NCBI RefSeq assembly: GCF_037042905.1
Contig: NC_087258.1
Location: forward strand, 7,626,001 to 7,690,000
DNA length: 64,000 nucleotides
Direction of reading: 5' to 3'
Source of the DNA: Lytechinus pictus
Taxonomy: Eukaryota
The position numbers were made by a program, and so were the translations under genes. The notes below the pieces were generated by a model. That model saw nothing but the letters and a program-made list of their open reading frames with translations. It was not told the DNA's origin and did no database searches. This document shows positions 26,853-40,302 of this stretch, piece after piece. Position 1 is the first letter of the stretch. Each line of letters starts with the position of its first letter.

Positions 26853-27125
26853 GGTCCCCGTCTTACAAAGAGTTGAGATTGGTCGATCAATCGCTACTAT
26901 GGAAAGCCAGCAAAGTCAACATATAAAAATGCATGTTTTTCCCCCCAAAAATCTAGATATGAATGTATATCTATAATTTCATTGATTTCTTGACAATATG
27001 GTATATTCTCCTTTGTTTACAAAGGACATTTTGCAAATTTCCTGCAGGAAAAATTATGACACTGATGGATTTTCATAGAGTTACGATTGATTGGATCAAT
27101 CATAACTCTTTGTAAGACGGGGCCC
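26853..27125. mobile_element. MITE family A copy
   Basis: GGTCCCCGTCTTACAAAGAGTTG...AACTCTTTGTAAGACGGGGCCC. Confidence 0.8.
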
Positions 27126-27128
27126 AGT

Positions 27129-27298
27129 GGGCCGTTTCATAAAGCTGTTCGTAAATTAAGAGCGATTTTAAGAACGACTGGTGAACCCTTCTAACGCGCT
27201 AAACCATCGCCAATTCAATATACCATTTACCACAAGAAAGGATCACCAGTCGTTCTTAAAGTCGCTCTTAACCTACGAACAGCTTTATGAAACACCCC
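27129..27298. mobile_element. Palindromic MITE adjacent to the family A copy
   Basis: GTTTCATAAAGCTGTTCGTAA...TACGAACAGCTTTATGAAAC inverted arms. Confidence 0.8.
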
Positions 27299-28021
27299 TG
27301 GGTCATGATTATCTAACAAATCAAGATGTACAAAACTTTGATTAAAGTTCCATCTGACCCAGTTTGGGAGAGAGAAAGAGAGAGAGTGGGTGAGGAAGGA
27401 GGGTAGAATGAGATTGTCGTTAATAAGGATGTGTAAATGTATAAAACGTTTTTGATACTATGTATTTGCTACTGCCTTTAAATATATGTCAATTTCTTCA
27501 GTAAGCATAACTTAATTCCATTTTTTGTAAATGATTAGGTTAATAAAATACTCAAAGATTTGGTTTTATTATAGGATTCTAACACTTGTCATATTTCAAT
27601 GTGTCAATAACAGCAGGCATAAGTCTGTCTTCATGTGTTTTATCATAACTTTTTAACTAGATATCGATATGGGAATGTGTACTTATTTCTGATTAATGCT
27701 TGTCTGTGTTTATGAAAGTATTAAATAGATTTTATAAACGTTCTCCGTCAGTTTCTTCTCACACAAGACATGTCAGAGAAAAAAAAATAAGTACATGCAA
27801 TCATGGTCACAAAGTATCGAATTTCCATCTATGTTTGAACACGACCACTAACACGAAACAGACAGCATCATTGACATACTAGTAATTGAACAAAATACAT
27901 TGGTCCATGGTGGAGACTGGATGTGTCGCTCATAATTTGGCAAAACCGATATCGATCCAATCTTCATCGTGATCATCAAATAAGGATATGTTCAACGACA
28001 CGCGTAGATGTAACAACCAAG

Positions 28022-28424
28022 TTAAAGGTAAATGCTGGTTTTGGTAACGATATAAAAAAAAGTTCGTACAGAATCCAATGAAATGACCACCAAAGTGTCT
28101 GTTTGTATAAATAAAACGCATGTGCCAAAGGATTCTGGAAGAAATTGTGTAATTGCTGAGAAATCAGCAAATAAGCACAGGATTCGGGTAGAGCGTCGGG
28201 CCCGACGCTCAAAGCAATAATTATACACTGTCCCACGTGCGCTTATCTGTGTTGGGGAAGTTCAGTCTGAACATTTTTCAGCGTAGATTTCAAGATTTCA
28301 CAAAGTTCAGTTTATGTAACTGTACCAGATCTAGATCCTCGTTGATATACTGACAATTAAGCCTGGTTTTACAGACTTTCTCATGAAATCAGTGTTTACT
28401 GCAACTACTGGAATTTCTCTTTAA
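28022..28424. mobile_element. TTAA-flanked MITE, related to 30713-31092
   Basis: Starts TTAAAGGTAAAT..., and shares internal GACCACC.AAGTGT and AGACTTTCTCATGAAAT with the second copy. Confidence 0.6.
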
Positions 28425-29432
28425 AACTTAAGTCCGTCTGTGCCGCTTGAGTATGATTAGGCATACTGATGTAAAGGGACAATAGTCGGGATGGATGAGC
28501 TATTTTCTGTACTATTTAGTTCCACAATCCCTTTACTTTGCAGACAGAATGTTATTCTCATTTGTCAGTAGGAACACACAAACGCATTGCGGTCCATAAT
28601 TCCCAATGTTCGATATTGCATGATATTGTGAAAATATAATAAGATGTGTTAGTGCTAACTGAACAAACTAATGACCCCGTGAACTATATGAACCTTTTTT
28701 TTTCTTCAATATTTGGACTATTGAACCTTTGGGAAACAGAACTATTTTATTTTAGGATTTACAAACCATCTGAATGAGAAACTTTATTTTGATTTGGGAT
28801 GAACAAAGTTTGGGAATATCGAAACTTGTCTCATTTTTTTACTAACATACTTTTCGATTAATGAACATTCGGAATATCGATTATAATGTCGGTTCGGCTG
28901 TGTGAGTGTGTAAGCTCTTGAATAACCCGGAACATGGTTCTTCAATCAACCTTCCTTCGCTTTGATGTTGCCTATTATTCTTATTTATCCATCAACAGCG
29001 GATATGGACTAAAATTGTCATTTGTGAGAAGTTGAATTCTAAATTCTAAATAACAAATAATATTTGAATGTACTTTACCAAGGAGTGGAACAAACCAGTT
29101 CTTTCATGTGCAAATAGCCTTCAGACAATCACTTTAAAATGCTATTTAATTTAAGGATTATTTACGTATATGTGGAGGGAGAGTGATGAGGAAGGAAACG
29201 ATGGGTGTGCGTGAAAGGAAAACGGATATCGTTTGTTTTTGTTTCTATTGTTATTTCACTTTGAGCTATTTTGATTTTACGTTGCTACTAATTTGACTTT
29301 GTTTGCATCATTTTTCTGACTTTGCATTAAGACATGACACAAAAAGAGAGGGATTGATAGAGAAAGAGAGAAGTAGAGAGGGTGAGGGGACGTGAGGGTG
29401 TGTGTGTGCGTGAAGAAGTGAGATATAGATCC

Positions 29433-29474
<42 letters not shown>

Positions 29475-30712
29475 TGGGTAGAGAGAGGGGGGAGAGTATG
29501 TGTGGGGGCGTGAGAGAGACGCATACAAATCCTCACCCAAATGCACAAGGATTAGAAAAAAAATAAGAAGACAAAGAAAAAGAAAAAAACAAGAAAAAAA
29601 CTGAGATAGAAGAAGGAAGAATAAAAATATCAAGAAGAACAAAATATCTCTACACCTCTCCTACTTAATCTACTTTTAGGCTGTCGTATGTGAGAAGAAA
29701 ACTAAACCTGGATGTCACGATTGTCAAAATGAGGGAGGTCGAACTGTTTACTTTGGGTCTGTATCGATCTGATATCCTTATTCTGAGGGTTTTGATGGCA
29801 TTATCCACAATCTGTTCCTTTCAGACATCAGAAACTGGGTGACACAAGGACCCCTTGGCGTCCGACAAAATTATGCTTTGCAAACAGCATTGAAGAAAGT
29901 ACCTACACGCATTGCATGAATTATTGTATTTTTCTGTTTAATCATTAAAAAAAAACCTCTCACCTCTCCTCTCCCGTCCGTCTCTTAATGGAGTATCAAA
30001 GAATTTAGATTCACCCAACCCTTATACAATGCAAAAACTAATGGATTGGGGTGGGGTGAGTTGCAGATGGCATCGCTGCTCGCTCAGTTTGCGAAGGACA
30101 TCTCTGAAAGAATATTTGTTTCGAAACAATAAAACATGATTAAGTATAACATTTGGTACATGATTCTCTGACATGGCAAAAGTGATATTTTTCGTTGATT
30201 TTGACTTGACTATTGAACATAGCTTTCAGCTCCGATTCACTACAATGACGTCACGTGTGACTTGATGTAGCTAGCCATGTATGAAAAAATTTGAATCGCC
30301 TGTTCTCAAAAAGCTAGTATCGAAGTGTATTGTATTACACATGAATCGTGTTCATACTTAACACGCACAAATTATTCGATGGCAACAGGAACCGAGAAGG
30401 AGAAATGAAGGAGAAATGAGAAGAAGAGAGAGAGAGAGGGAGAGAGAGAGAACGTGTCCGTGTGTACGCGATACTACGTACGTGCTTTGTGTGTACGTGT
30501 GAGTATGTGGAGTTCCACATGGGAGCATATTAGGCCCAATTCTTATTATATACTATGTAACTGCTATGTTAAATTGTGTGAATGATATTCATTTTATGAT
30601 GATGGTGTCTTAATACATTACGGTACAAGTCAAAACCTGATATGGGAAAAAATATCTTATAGAATTAGGCCTATCAAATTGTGATAAATGAATAACAGAT
30701 AGTCAACTTAGC

Positions 30713-31092
30713 TTAAAGGTAAATACCAGTTGTGGTAACGATCTCAAAATGAGTTTGAAAGGAATCCAATATAATGACCACCCAAGTGTTTGTATGTACA
30801 AATAAAAAATATGTGCCAAATGACTATTGAAGAGAATGTGTAATAGCTGAGAAATAAGCACGGAATCCCATCAAATGCCGGGTATTTTTCCAAGCAATAC
30901 TAATACACTCTCCGACATATGCCTTTCGTGTTAGTGATCTTCAGAATTATATGTTTTCAACTAAGATTTCATGATTTCACAAAGATAAGTTTATTTCAAT
31001 GTACCAGCTCTATGATGGTGACAACTAACCTTGATTTTAAAGACTTTCTCATGAAATAATTGTTTGCTGCAACTACTTTCTTTTACCTCTAA
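30713..31092. mobile_element. TTAA-flanked MITE, related to 28022-28424
   Basis: Direct-orientation homolog of 28022-28424. Confidence 0.6.
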
Positions 31093-31459
31093 ATGTTGGT
31101 AAAAGAGAGTGTATTTTGCTTTGTTCGCGAAGTAGGTCGAAACATACAGATGATTTCAATTATAAAAACCAATTCATAAAACCAAGCGAAAGACGTCTGT
31201 GATTTTTTTTTTGGTATGAACGCATACTAGCGATCTAGTATGATTGACTGTATTGTCATAAATGCTATAAATGTTGTCTTGAATTTTCATGTCTTTATGA
31301 AAATTGTACAAACAAGAAATTGAGACGCATTTTAAGTTTCTCCTTGATGCATTGTTTATTTCAATACGGCATGTTGCAGTCTTGGTAAGGAAGATTAGAA
31401 AAAACAGGATGATTCAAAATAAGGTTGTAAGATCTATCATTTTTTTTCGCACGTGACAG

Positions 31460-31703
31460 GTTGTGACGTTTCTCAATCTGCTCTACCAGTTCTTCGACTC
31501 ATGCATCGAAAAATACGACGTCTACAAGGTGGAAACAATCGGTGACGCTTACATGGTGGTCAGCGGCGTCCCAATACGAAACGGTGATCGACATGCCTTG
31601 GAGATCGCCTCTCTTGCCCTCGATATGATCCAAGGGGTACAGACCTTCCGCATACCTCATCTCAAATCGGAGAGGGTGCTCTTAAGAATCGGTGCACACA
31701 CGG
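31460..31703 (+). CDS. NIT-GC coding exon 2 (cyclase catalytic domain)
   Basis: Acceptor GACAG|; [13 protein letters not shown]...[18 protein letters not shown]...LRIGAHT; donor G|GTAAG, phase 1. Confidence 0.95.
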
Positions 31704-32561
31704 GTAAGAGCTATCTTTAGTGCACCTTGCACCAATCTTTTCCTATTCCCGTTGTCCTCACGCTTTACGAAATAAGTTTCAATAGAACATTAAAGAATCT
31801 CATTGATTATAACACTCCTATTATTCACACTACTTAGGATATTTTGAGGATCTTCCATTTTATCCACATTTACTTCTACCTCACCAGCCCCTCTCTCTTC
31901 CCTCCCTCCCTCCCTCCCTCCTTCCTCTCCTTTCGTTTATTTCGCTTCCTTTCCCGTCTCTGTCCATTAGCTTGTTCTTTTAATTCTATCTACCTGTACA
32001 GCTTTGTTTTTTTGTATGTTTTTTTACTCGTTTTGTTTTGTCCGTTGTTTTATATTTTTATGTCTTTTCCGTTATTGTACTATATATGTTATGTTTTTTA
32101 TATAGTTTGTTAATACCTTGTTCTTGTATCGTTCCTTTCATCATTATGTCCTTTTTGTAACGTTTTGTTGCGTTTGTCCCTTTCGCTTTTCTTGTCATGC
32201 CTTTATCCAACCTTGTTTATCTCAGTTGGGAGAATATGATAAAAAAACATATTTTTAATAGGCATTTATTTTTAATATAACATGCAAGATATGATTCGTA
32301 AATTATATTTATTTTGAAATTCGTTCTCATATACTTATTTATTTAAGCGAACCTTCTTAAACGAGCTTTGCTTCCAAGAAGGTTCCCATTTCATTTCATT
32401 ATGTTGTATTACAATTCTTTTTACTTTGTATTTTCTTTTCAAATTTGGAAATGAAATATATTCGTTATGCTTATAAGCTTAAAATCCTATATATTTCGAA
32501 ATCGCAAACATACTTTTTAAAAATATCAGCAATTCATGCTTAATCATAATTATAACGAGTA

Positions 32562-32875
32562 GTATGGTGGCGCAGAAGTACGGTCGATCCCACGCATGGC
32601 ACACGAATTCAGTCGTGAAGTCTCCGGTTTTTGTTGCAAACTTAGCAATGTCAGTCGCAAAATTTTCGATTTTCGTTGCCAAAATTACAAGAACAGTCCT
32701 GAAGTTCGCGCTATTCGTGCAATTTTAGTCTTGGAGTTCGTAACTTTGCAATTTTTATCACAAATTTCACGATTTTCGTTGCAAAACTTATGTTTGCAAA
32801 GTTTGCAAAAAAAATCGCGAACTTCACCACTAGAAGTCGTATGTGATGGACCGTATTTCATAGCCTTCATACTAT
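32562..32875. mobile_element. MITE with imperfect TIRs
   Basis: TAGTATG...AAGTACGGTC at the left end is inverted relative to GACCGTATTT...CATACTA at the right end. Confidence 0.55.
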
Positions 32876-33112
32876 AGCGTGTTATAAGGTACTATACCGA
32901 CATATTGCACGACTTTGATGATGTATCAGGTTTTCCCATCCAAATGCAACCAAAATGCAAATGTTGCAAATACCATTGACAGTTATTTTGAATATGATTT
33001 TTCCTTGTTGTTTCGTAACAGTAGGCCTACAAAATATCAGCCCGAATTATATGATAACAGAAATTCTAAATGTACACATTTTTTTAAATTGTTAAACTAC
33101 AAGAGTAATTGA

Positions 33113-33250
<138 letters not shown>

Positions 33251-33556
33251 TAGAAACCGAATTCATTTATATCCGAAATGATTTATCCGGACGGGAAAAA
33301 TGGGGGGGGGGGGGGAGAATGGGACGGGATTTCTCTTATAGCTTCCTGGCCCAAAACACCTGAATTTCATTGGTCGACCCGATCGTTTCAGCCGTTTTAT
33401 TTGGTGTCATCCCATGCAGGCATTTGTGGAGGAAACAGTTCTTCAATATTGTTCGCACTTATTATGATAATAGTAACTCCCATCCTTTCTATAACCCTAG
33501 GCCTACTATCCCTTCGAATATATTGTTCATTATTTTGTCCTTTATTTTGTATCCAG

Positions 33557-33648
33557 CAATGAAAATCCACATCAGTGACGAGTTTAAGTCAGTCCTGGAT
33601 ACAATCGGAGGTTTCCGGACAGAGCCAAGGGGTATCATAGAGGTCAAA
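33557..33648 (+). CDS. NIT-GC coding exon 4
   Basis: Acceptor ATCCAG|; PMKIHISDEFKSVLDTIGGFRTEPRGIIEVK; donor AAA|GTAAGT, phase 0. Confidence 0.95.
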
Positions 33649-34356
33649 GTAAGTACTTCCGGTATCGGGGACCCCGCGGTGCTGAAAGAGTTGCAATCAA
33701 ACGTATGCAACTTGATTTTAAACCAATCAGATGCGCGTATTTAAGACTTGAGTTTGATTCTGACCCAGAGGAGCGTTTCATGAAAGGACTTGACGGACGT
33801 TTTACCCGACAAGTCCTGTCTTATCCTACATTTCAAATTGTAAGAGTGCTTCTCGGCCGTTTAAAATCAAAGAAAGTTGTCGGATCTGACGTAACTTCTT
33901 CAAGGCGTGGTTGATTTTTTTTTCAAACTCAGCAACTCCATATTGGCAGCAAAGTTGGCAAAATGAATCAATTTTATGACATGTAAATCTCACGGGAACT
34001 CACTTTTGCGAAATTACAAACTGTAACATTGTATCATAAGGACGTATTCTAATTAGGCGATATTAGATAGCCTACATGTCTCTATGCACAACATAAATGT
34101 ACTATAGAAAGCCAAATTTGAGTACAAACAACTAAATCTAATTATGCTAAAATTTAAAAGTTATTTACAAAAATAAAAGACAAAATTTGAAATAGGGATG
34201 CAATTGTGAGGATGGTCAAAATTACGTCAGATTAGGTCATATTGCACTGCTTATACTCGATCGTCGTTTTCCAGCGTTTCGAAAGTTTGTATTGCACATG
34301 TTTAACACGCATTCTCATTGCAAAATATATTGCTATTTTGATATTTTTCTTCACAG

Positions 34357-34533
34357 GGGAAGGGTAACATGTTTACGCACTGGCTCCTTGGAAAGGACCC
34401 TCCACAAGGCAACCATACACCTTGCCCTGAGGTAACCATCGGTCACCATGATGACCCCGGGTCAAGAAACGTGTCAAAGGTCAACGGAAATGACGTCCTC
34501 AACTATGGCTTCTATCGTGACGAAGAATGCTGA
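34357..34533 (+). CDS. NIT-GC coding exon 5 (terminal)
   Basis: Acceptor TCACAG|; GKGNMFTHWLLGK...YRDEEC*. The five exons sum to 2022 nt = 673 aa + stop. Confidence 0.9.
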   Translation, partial: GKGNMFTHWLLGKDPPQGNHTPCPEVTIGHHDDPGSRNVSKVNGNDVLNYGFYRDEEC

Positions 34534-36846
34534 ATTGATCATACTCAAACGACAGCAAGGACGATACCGATAGCTTGTGCATAAGATAGAGACGATAGAG
34601 AGAAATAGACTCATACTTGTGACGAAATAGCCCAGCGTATGACGTCATGATACCGTGCCTAAATACTGAAATATGTATAGCTATCTTGCCTAGAGTGTAA
34701 AACTGTGATATGTATTTGCAGCAACGATGATCATAGATGTATATTACAGCTCTTTCCGCTTAATCATGTTTTTCAACTTTATTCCGAATTAATGTTCAAT
34801 TTGTTGTGTTTTCCAGATTGTTATTTTTTCAGATGTTAGTGCCTGGTTTATTGAGTGCTGGTATCAATTTTATGAACTGAAGTGTCTACTGTTTTATCAT
34901 AGAGTTGTGGGTAATTATACAGTTCATATTTGTAGTAATGCATGTGTACCTGCTTTGATTATAACAAGCTGAAACGTATTTTCTTTTTAATCATTGCATT
35001 GTTTGCTTTGTTATTTTGTTTGCTTTGTTATATTTGACATTCTCGGTTTACCCATAATTTTGTACAGAATTAGACTGGTAATGGCCGAATTGAAACTGGA
35101 CTACGGGAAACGGACCATTACCCAGTTGCTGCCTGATGCATTATGTATGTTCAGGCGGAAGCTAATCATGATAATGGCATATTGCTACATAATAATGTTG
35201 ATATTATTTTTTATTTTTGTTTACCAGTATAATGAATTGCCATATTATTACGGAACTTACGAAACGCAACATGATGAGAATTAAGGATTAGAAAATGGTA
35301 CGACAAGGCATGATATTGGATTCCGTCAGGTTGATAGTGTGGAGACGAGAAGACAAAAATACATAAAGTGAAACAGAACCGAAATATAGGGCTGTTAAGA
35401 AATAAAGAGGTTTGCTCAAAAATGCATTTTTTAACTGTTTCATTGTGTGCCGGATTAACAGTAACGTTTAATCGATAACCATTGGTTGTGATTCACGACC
35501 CAGATCATCATGATCATCATTATCATAGGCCTATGCTCGAGTCATACAATAACCACAATGTACAGCGGGTGGCACACGGAATATGACCCTACACATCTGA
35601 CCCAACCCAATTTTGACTGGATGTCATAAAAAAATATGATAATGCAACAATACAAAAATCTATCATCAGATTTTTGGCTAATTATAAGGTATTTGAATGT
35701 CACTGAGTTGAAAGTCTCATTCATTGTCTTTGGCGTAAATCGCGACCCAACGGCATGACAAATACAATTTTTAATGGTTTGATAACATCAATGCATAATA
35801 AAATGTATAACGAGCTTTAGTACAGGCATGTAGTAGGGTCCATGGTACAGGAGATGTTACTTCAATTTGTTGTTGCCATCATGATGTACAATTCATCCAG
35901 CACCCGACATTTTCTCAAGGGGAGAGGGGGGGGGGTGTATTTTAATGTCCAATTGATGCAGTATTTTTTTATGTATAGGCCTAACACAAAACCATGCGTG
36001 TCAGTTTGTTTAAGTTTACTTGTAAATTCTAATATTTTTAAACTACAGCATTTTATATGTGATCTGTAAATTTGTCATCAATGTTATCATGTTAGGACAC
36101 CAAAAGGTATTTCTTGATAGGAAAACCTTCAATTTTATATGTAGGAATAACGAAAATAGCAATCAGCACAAAAAGAGATAGCCAATGTAACATCACCAAA
36201 CATTTCATTCACCACAGAATTTAAATAATTTGATGACAGAGATCATCAAATGGCAACACGGTCGTCATGCACGTCCCTGGAAGTCTGTTGAGTGTCCTTG
36301 CCTACCACCAAAAGCCCCTCCACACTTGACGATCCATTTCGAATGAACAAAAAAAACCAGTGGAAATTAAACCGTATAACTTTTTTTCTTTTTTAACACC
36401 AAGCAATTCTCAAGACGTGGTGGGCAACCGCCCCACCAATGAAAATATTGGGGGGGGGGGGCAAACATATTGTTTTGCCCCCCCCCCCAATAATTCCGCA
36501 TGTGCAAAAAATAAAATAAGATTGTAATGTTACATAGAAATCAGCAAGCGAGATTGAGATACACAACTCGTTCTTCATCTAAAATCGTGCTCAAAATGTC
36601 CGGTTTTCAGATTAGAATATAAAAAAATTTCAGCTCGCGCTTCGCGCTCGCATCATTTCTGTAGCAAAAACCCATACTTTTCATGATTGAATAGGTGAAT
36701 AGAATGTCCCGTTTTCAGTTCTATACCTCAAAAGAACTCCCACTTCGATAAGCAATAATCTTTTGCTGGATATATTTCTTGTTCTTTATTAAAAACGTCA
36801 ATTAAACTCTTTTTTTTTAAAGATCAAAATATCAAAATTTTCAGCT

Positions 36847-37032
36847 NNNNNNNNNNNNNNNNNNNNNNNNNNNNNNNNNNNNNNNNNNNNNNNNNNNNNN
36901 NNNNNNNNNNNNNNNNNNNNNNNNNNNNNNNNNNNNNNNNNNNNNNNNNNNNNNNNNNNNNNNNNNNNNNNNNNNNNNNNNNNNNNNNNNNNNNNNNNNN
37001 NNNNNNNNNNNNNNNNNNNNNNNNNNNNNNNN
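36847..37032. other. Assembly gap (N run)
   Basis: Ns. Confidence 1.
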
Positions 37033-38381
37033 CTGTTTGTTTTGTGTGATCGAGCGCCTTTGGAAAGTTGATTCATGATTTTGCCCCCCCCAATCTGAGA
37101 AATGGATCGACGCCCCTGACTGTAGTATGTCCACAGTGTGAAGCACAATGTGAAATCATCTTCACACTGTTAAATTTGACCATTACGGTGAAACATATTT
37201 TCACACAGTCAACTACGTGAACGCCCATTGAAGACTCAAACTGTAGAAGTGTCCACAATGTGAAAGTTTCTTCACACTGTGAAATTATTTTGAGCATATT
37301 GACAGTGTGGATCACATCTTTACCGAGTACATACTGCGACCATACCGTGGGACACTGTGACAATATTTTCTTTTTCAGCTGGGAAGGAACGCTGTATCAA
37401 ACACGGATCGTAAAGGATTTTAAATATTCGCCTTATGTCGTAAACAAAGATGCCATTATTCAAATGTTTGTTTAGAGGTTAATAAATGATAAAACTGTCT
37501 AAACGTTCATTAAATACAAAACATTATGACTGAAAAGTAATGATGTCAAGATTTGCAATTATTATGACGTGTTTCTTTTGAACTGACTCAATGGCAGAAC
37601 GGGTCATAATCATAAAGATTACAAAACTGAATATAAATTTATTATTTTAGTGTCCTAGGGAGCGTTTCGTCATTTCTTTTTGTCTGACAAGTTGTCAGAT
37701 TTGACAACTTACCATGATTCTGATTGGCTGAAAAGCGCAGATGTTTGAATGATGCTATTGTTACTATCGGATGAAGCAGACTTTGTCGACAAAACACTTG
37801 ACGAGTTCTTTCATGAACCGCTCCCAAGATCTAATGCGGAGACTGAGTGGTAACAGGAAATTCCCTCTGAAATTCTCTCACTTTTATACATTATAAATTC
37901 TACTGCATCTATATTATTTTCGAACTGCATGATGTAATAGCAGACTCAATGATTCCACATGACCATTTTGGGGACATGATTCGTCTTTATTAGCAACAGA
38001 TATTGAAGTTTTGAAATAGATTTGACTTGCTGAGTATATAAAACGTTGTACAGAGCCATTTTTATACACAGCAAGTGATGATCACTGACATGTGGACTCT
38101 GCTATAGCTAGACTGACAATGCCAGGATGATGCTTTACAATGAAGGCCTTAACTGTCGTTCTTCTGATCGATATCAATCTACTCATGGGATTACCTCATG
38201 TTCAACCTCATCTATTCACTGTTGGGGGCTAATGAAAGTTTGCCTAGTGTCGATTCCAATCAGTGCTACATGTAGGAGTAAGAATATTTCCGTGGTAAAA
38301 CGATTGCATCCGATATACAGCAATAGTGACTGCACACTAAGGATTGACCTTTTAAAATCAGGTGATGTATCCGACATTTAC

Positions 38382-38504
38382 CATCAATCAAACAATCAAG
38401 CAATATATCAATCGATTTATCAATCATTCAAGCAATTAATCATACAATCAATTTTTCAAAGAGTCAAGCGATCACTCATTCGTCCAACCTACTAATCAAT
38501 CACC

Positions 38505-38540
<36 letters not shown>

Positions 38541-38608
38541 CAATCAATCAATATATCATTCAATCAATAAATCAGTCAATCATCAATCCACTTACCAATC
38601 GATCAATA
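38382..38608. repeat. (ATCA)n microsatellite, degenerate
   Basis: Read directly. Confidence 0.9.
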
Positions 38609-39009
38609 AGGCAAACAATATAATATTTCCTCATGCGACATTCATCTGGTATTTTATCGATTATTAATTAACTAGCAATCACTGCCAAAGATGTATCAAA
38701 GCAAACACGGCTCAATTTGACACTCGATAGCTTAATCATGTTAATCACCCACTCAGTGACATCGTTAATGTAAACATCATTTACTCAGCTTTTCAATGAT
38801 CATATAAGGTAAGAAAACTCATACTAAATATACAGTTAATGCAATTAATACATATATGAAGGATTAAATTGAAAACATATTCAAACTATCTATGCAACAT
38901 TCCCAGTCAGAGTCGATGTATTTTTTTATTAACACTGATAAAAGTCTTGCTCGTCTCAGTTATTTCCACCTAAATATACCACAAAACAACAACAACAGTG
39001 GGGAATCAG

Positions 39010-39031
39010 TTTATTTTACCTGATATTTATT
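39010..39031 (-). terminator. Candidate polyadenylation signals (2x AATAAA) for the - strand gene at 40303-42903
   Basis: TTTATT on + at 39010-39015 and 39026-39031, ~1.3 kb past the stop codon. The motif is common in AT-rich DNA. Confidence 0.4.
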
Positions 39032-40302
39032 CAAACTTTGGTACTTCATGAGTTCTTTCATAACATTGCATTAACAGTGTTCATATCTTCTGTGTTTTGT
39101 AAAGACTGGTCATAATCATGATAATACATCTATAATGTGCATTTTACCATAACAAAGACAGAGCACAGTGCAAATAAAGGTCTAGATACGTCTTAAAGAA
39201 GATTATTAGATATAGTTGGAGGTTGTGAATGCCTTCTTTGAATGCTAGTAGTCCATTCTGAAGTACAGTTCTTGCAGAGGGTATTTCCCCAATATATTAT
39301 AAAAATCAAGGGCGTAGGCTGGTTTTAGCATGAGGAGCGCACATCCTGGGGAGGTGGAACTGAAGTGGTATGGGGGTGCACATCTTGGGAAATCAGCTGC
39401 TGAAAGCAGAAGAAAGGGGTATTTCATTTTGCTTGCCAGTGAAGGAACTCCTCTACCTCAGCGGGAGAATACACGTGCACCCAGTGCACACCCAGCCTAG
39501 GCCCTTGGAAATCTTAATCGGGAGTCACTGAAATGAAAAAAAGTGTATGTAGAACAATTCACAGAATATATATCTTCCTATAACTTTTCCGGCAAATCTT
39601 GATACCTACCATCGACAGGAAGCTAGACCATTCGGCTGGATCTTTTGACTTTTAGACATAGAGAAAGGTTTGATGAAGTAATTAGTTTCAAGACGAGAAA
39701 AGTAGCTAGTCGGTTTGTGGACCCAATATTCAGAGTACGGAGGTCAGAACCGATACAAGGCATGCAGATTTATATGTATATATATATAAACATTGAGAAA
39801 TTTTAGTTGTCGGAGTATTAAACTCCACAAATTAGAGATTTTTTTTCTGGTGAATCGAGCAATGATAATTGCATTGTAATGGATCATTTAGGTATTTTGG
39901 CGGATTGCATCATTGGGATATAGCAAGTGGTTTGATTCTGGAATTCTAAACTTTACAAGAGGAAGGTGTTCCACTTTCAATACTGAGAATGATGGAGACG
40001 AACTAGATAAAACTTTTGCAAAGATGATCAATGTTACCGTTTTCAACAAAGACAGTAAAGATCGCACATACAGAAGAAAGGATGAATATATTGTTGATTC
40101 TTCTAATTTATCATAAACAACCTTAAAGATCATTTATCCTGATACAGAGAGACGTAAGGGATTAAAGAAAAGCGATCCAGTAATCCTACTGATTATGAAC
40201 AAGAACAAAAGTTGTATATGTACATAACTCTATTCCTCATCATATCATAACCAGGAATATATCAGTGTATCAAATCCTCTATCAACAGGTATATCGACCT
40301 TT

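Noticed and set aside
39888-40133. Small ORFs 39913-40116 + and 39888-40133 -
   Set aside because: They lie in the predicted 3' UTR of the 866-aa gene and show no motifs or splice support.
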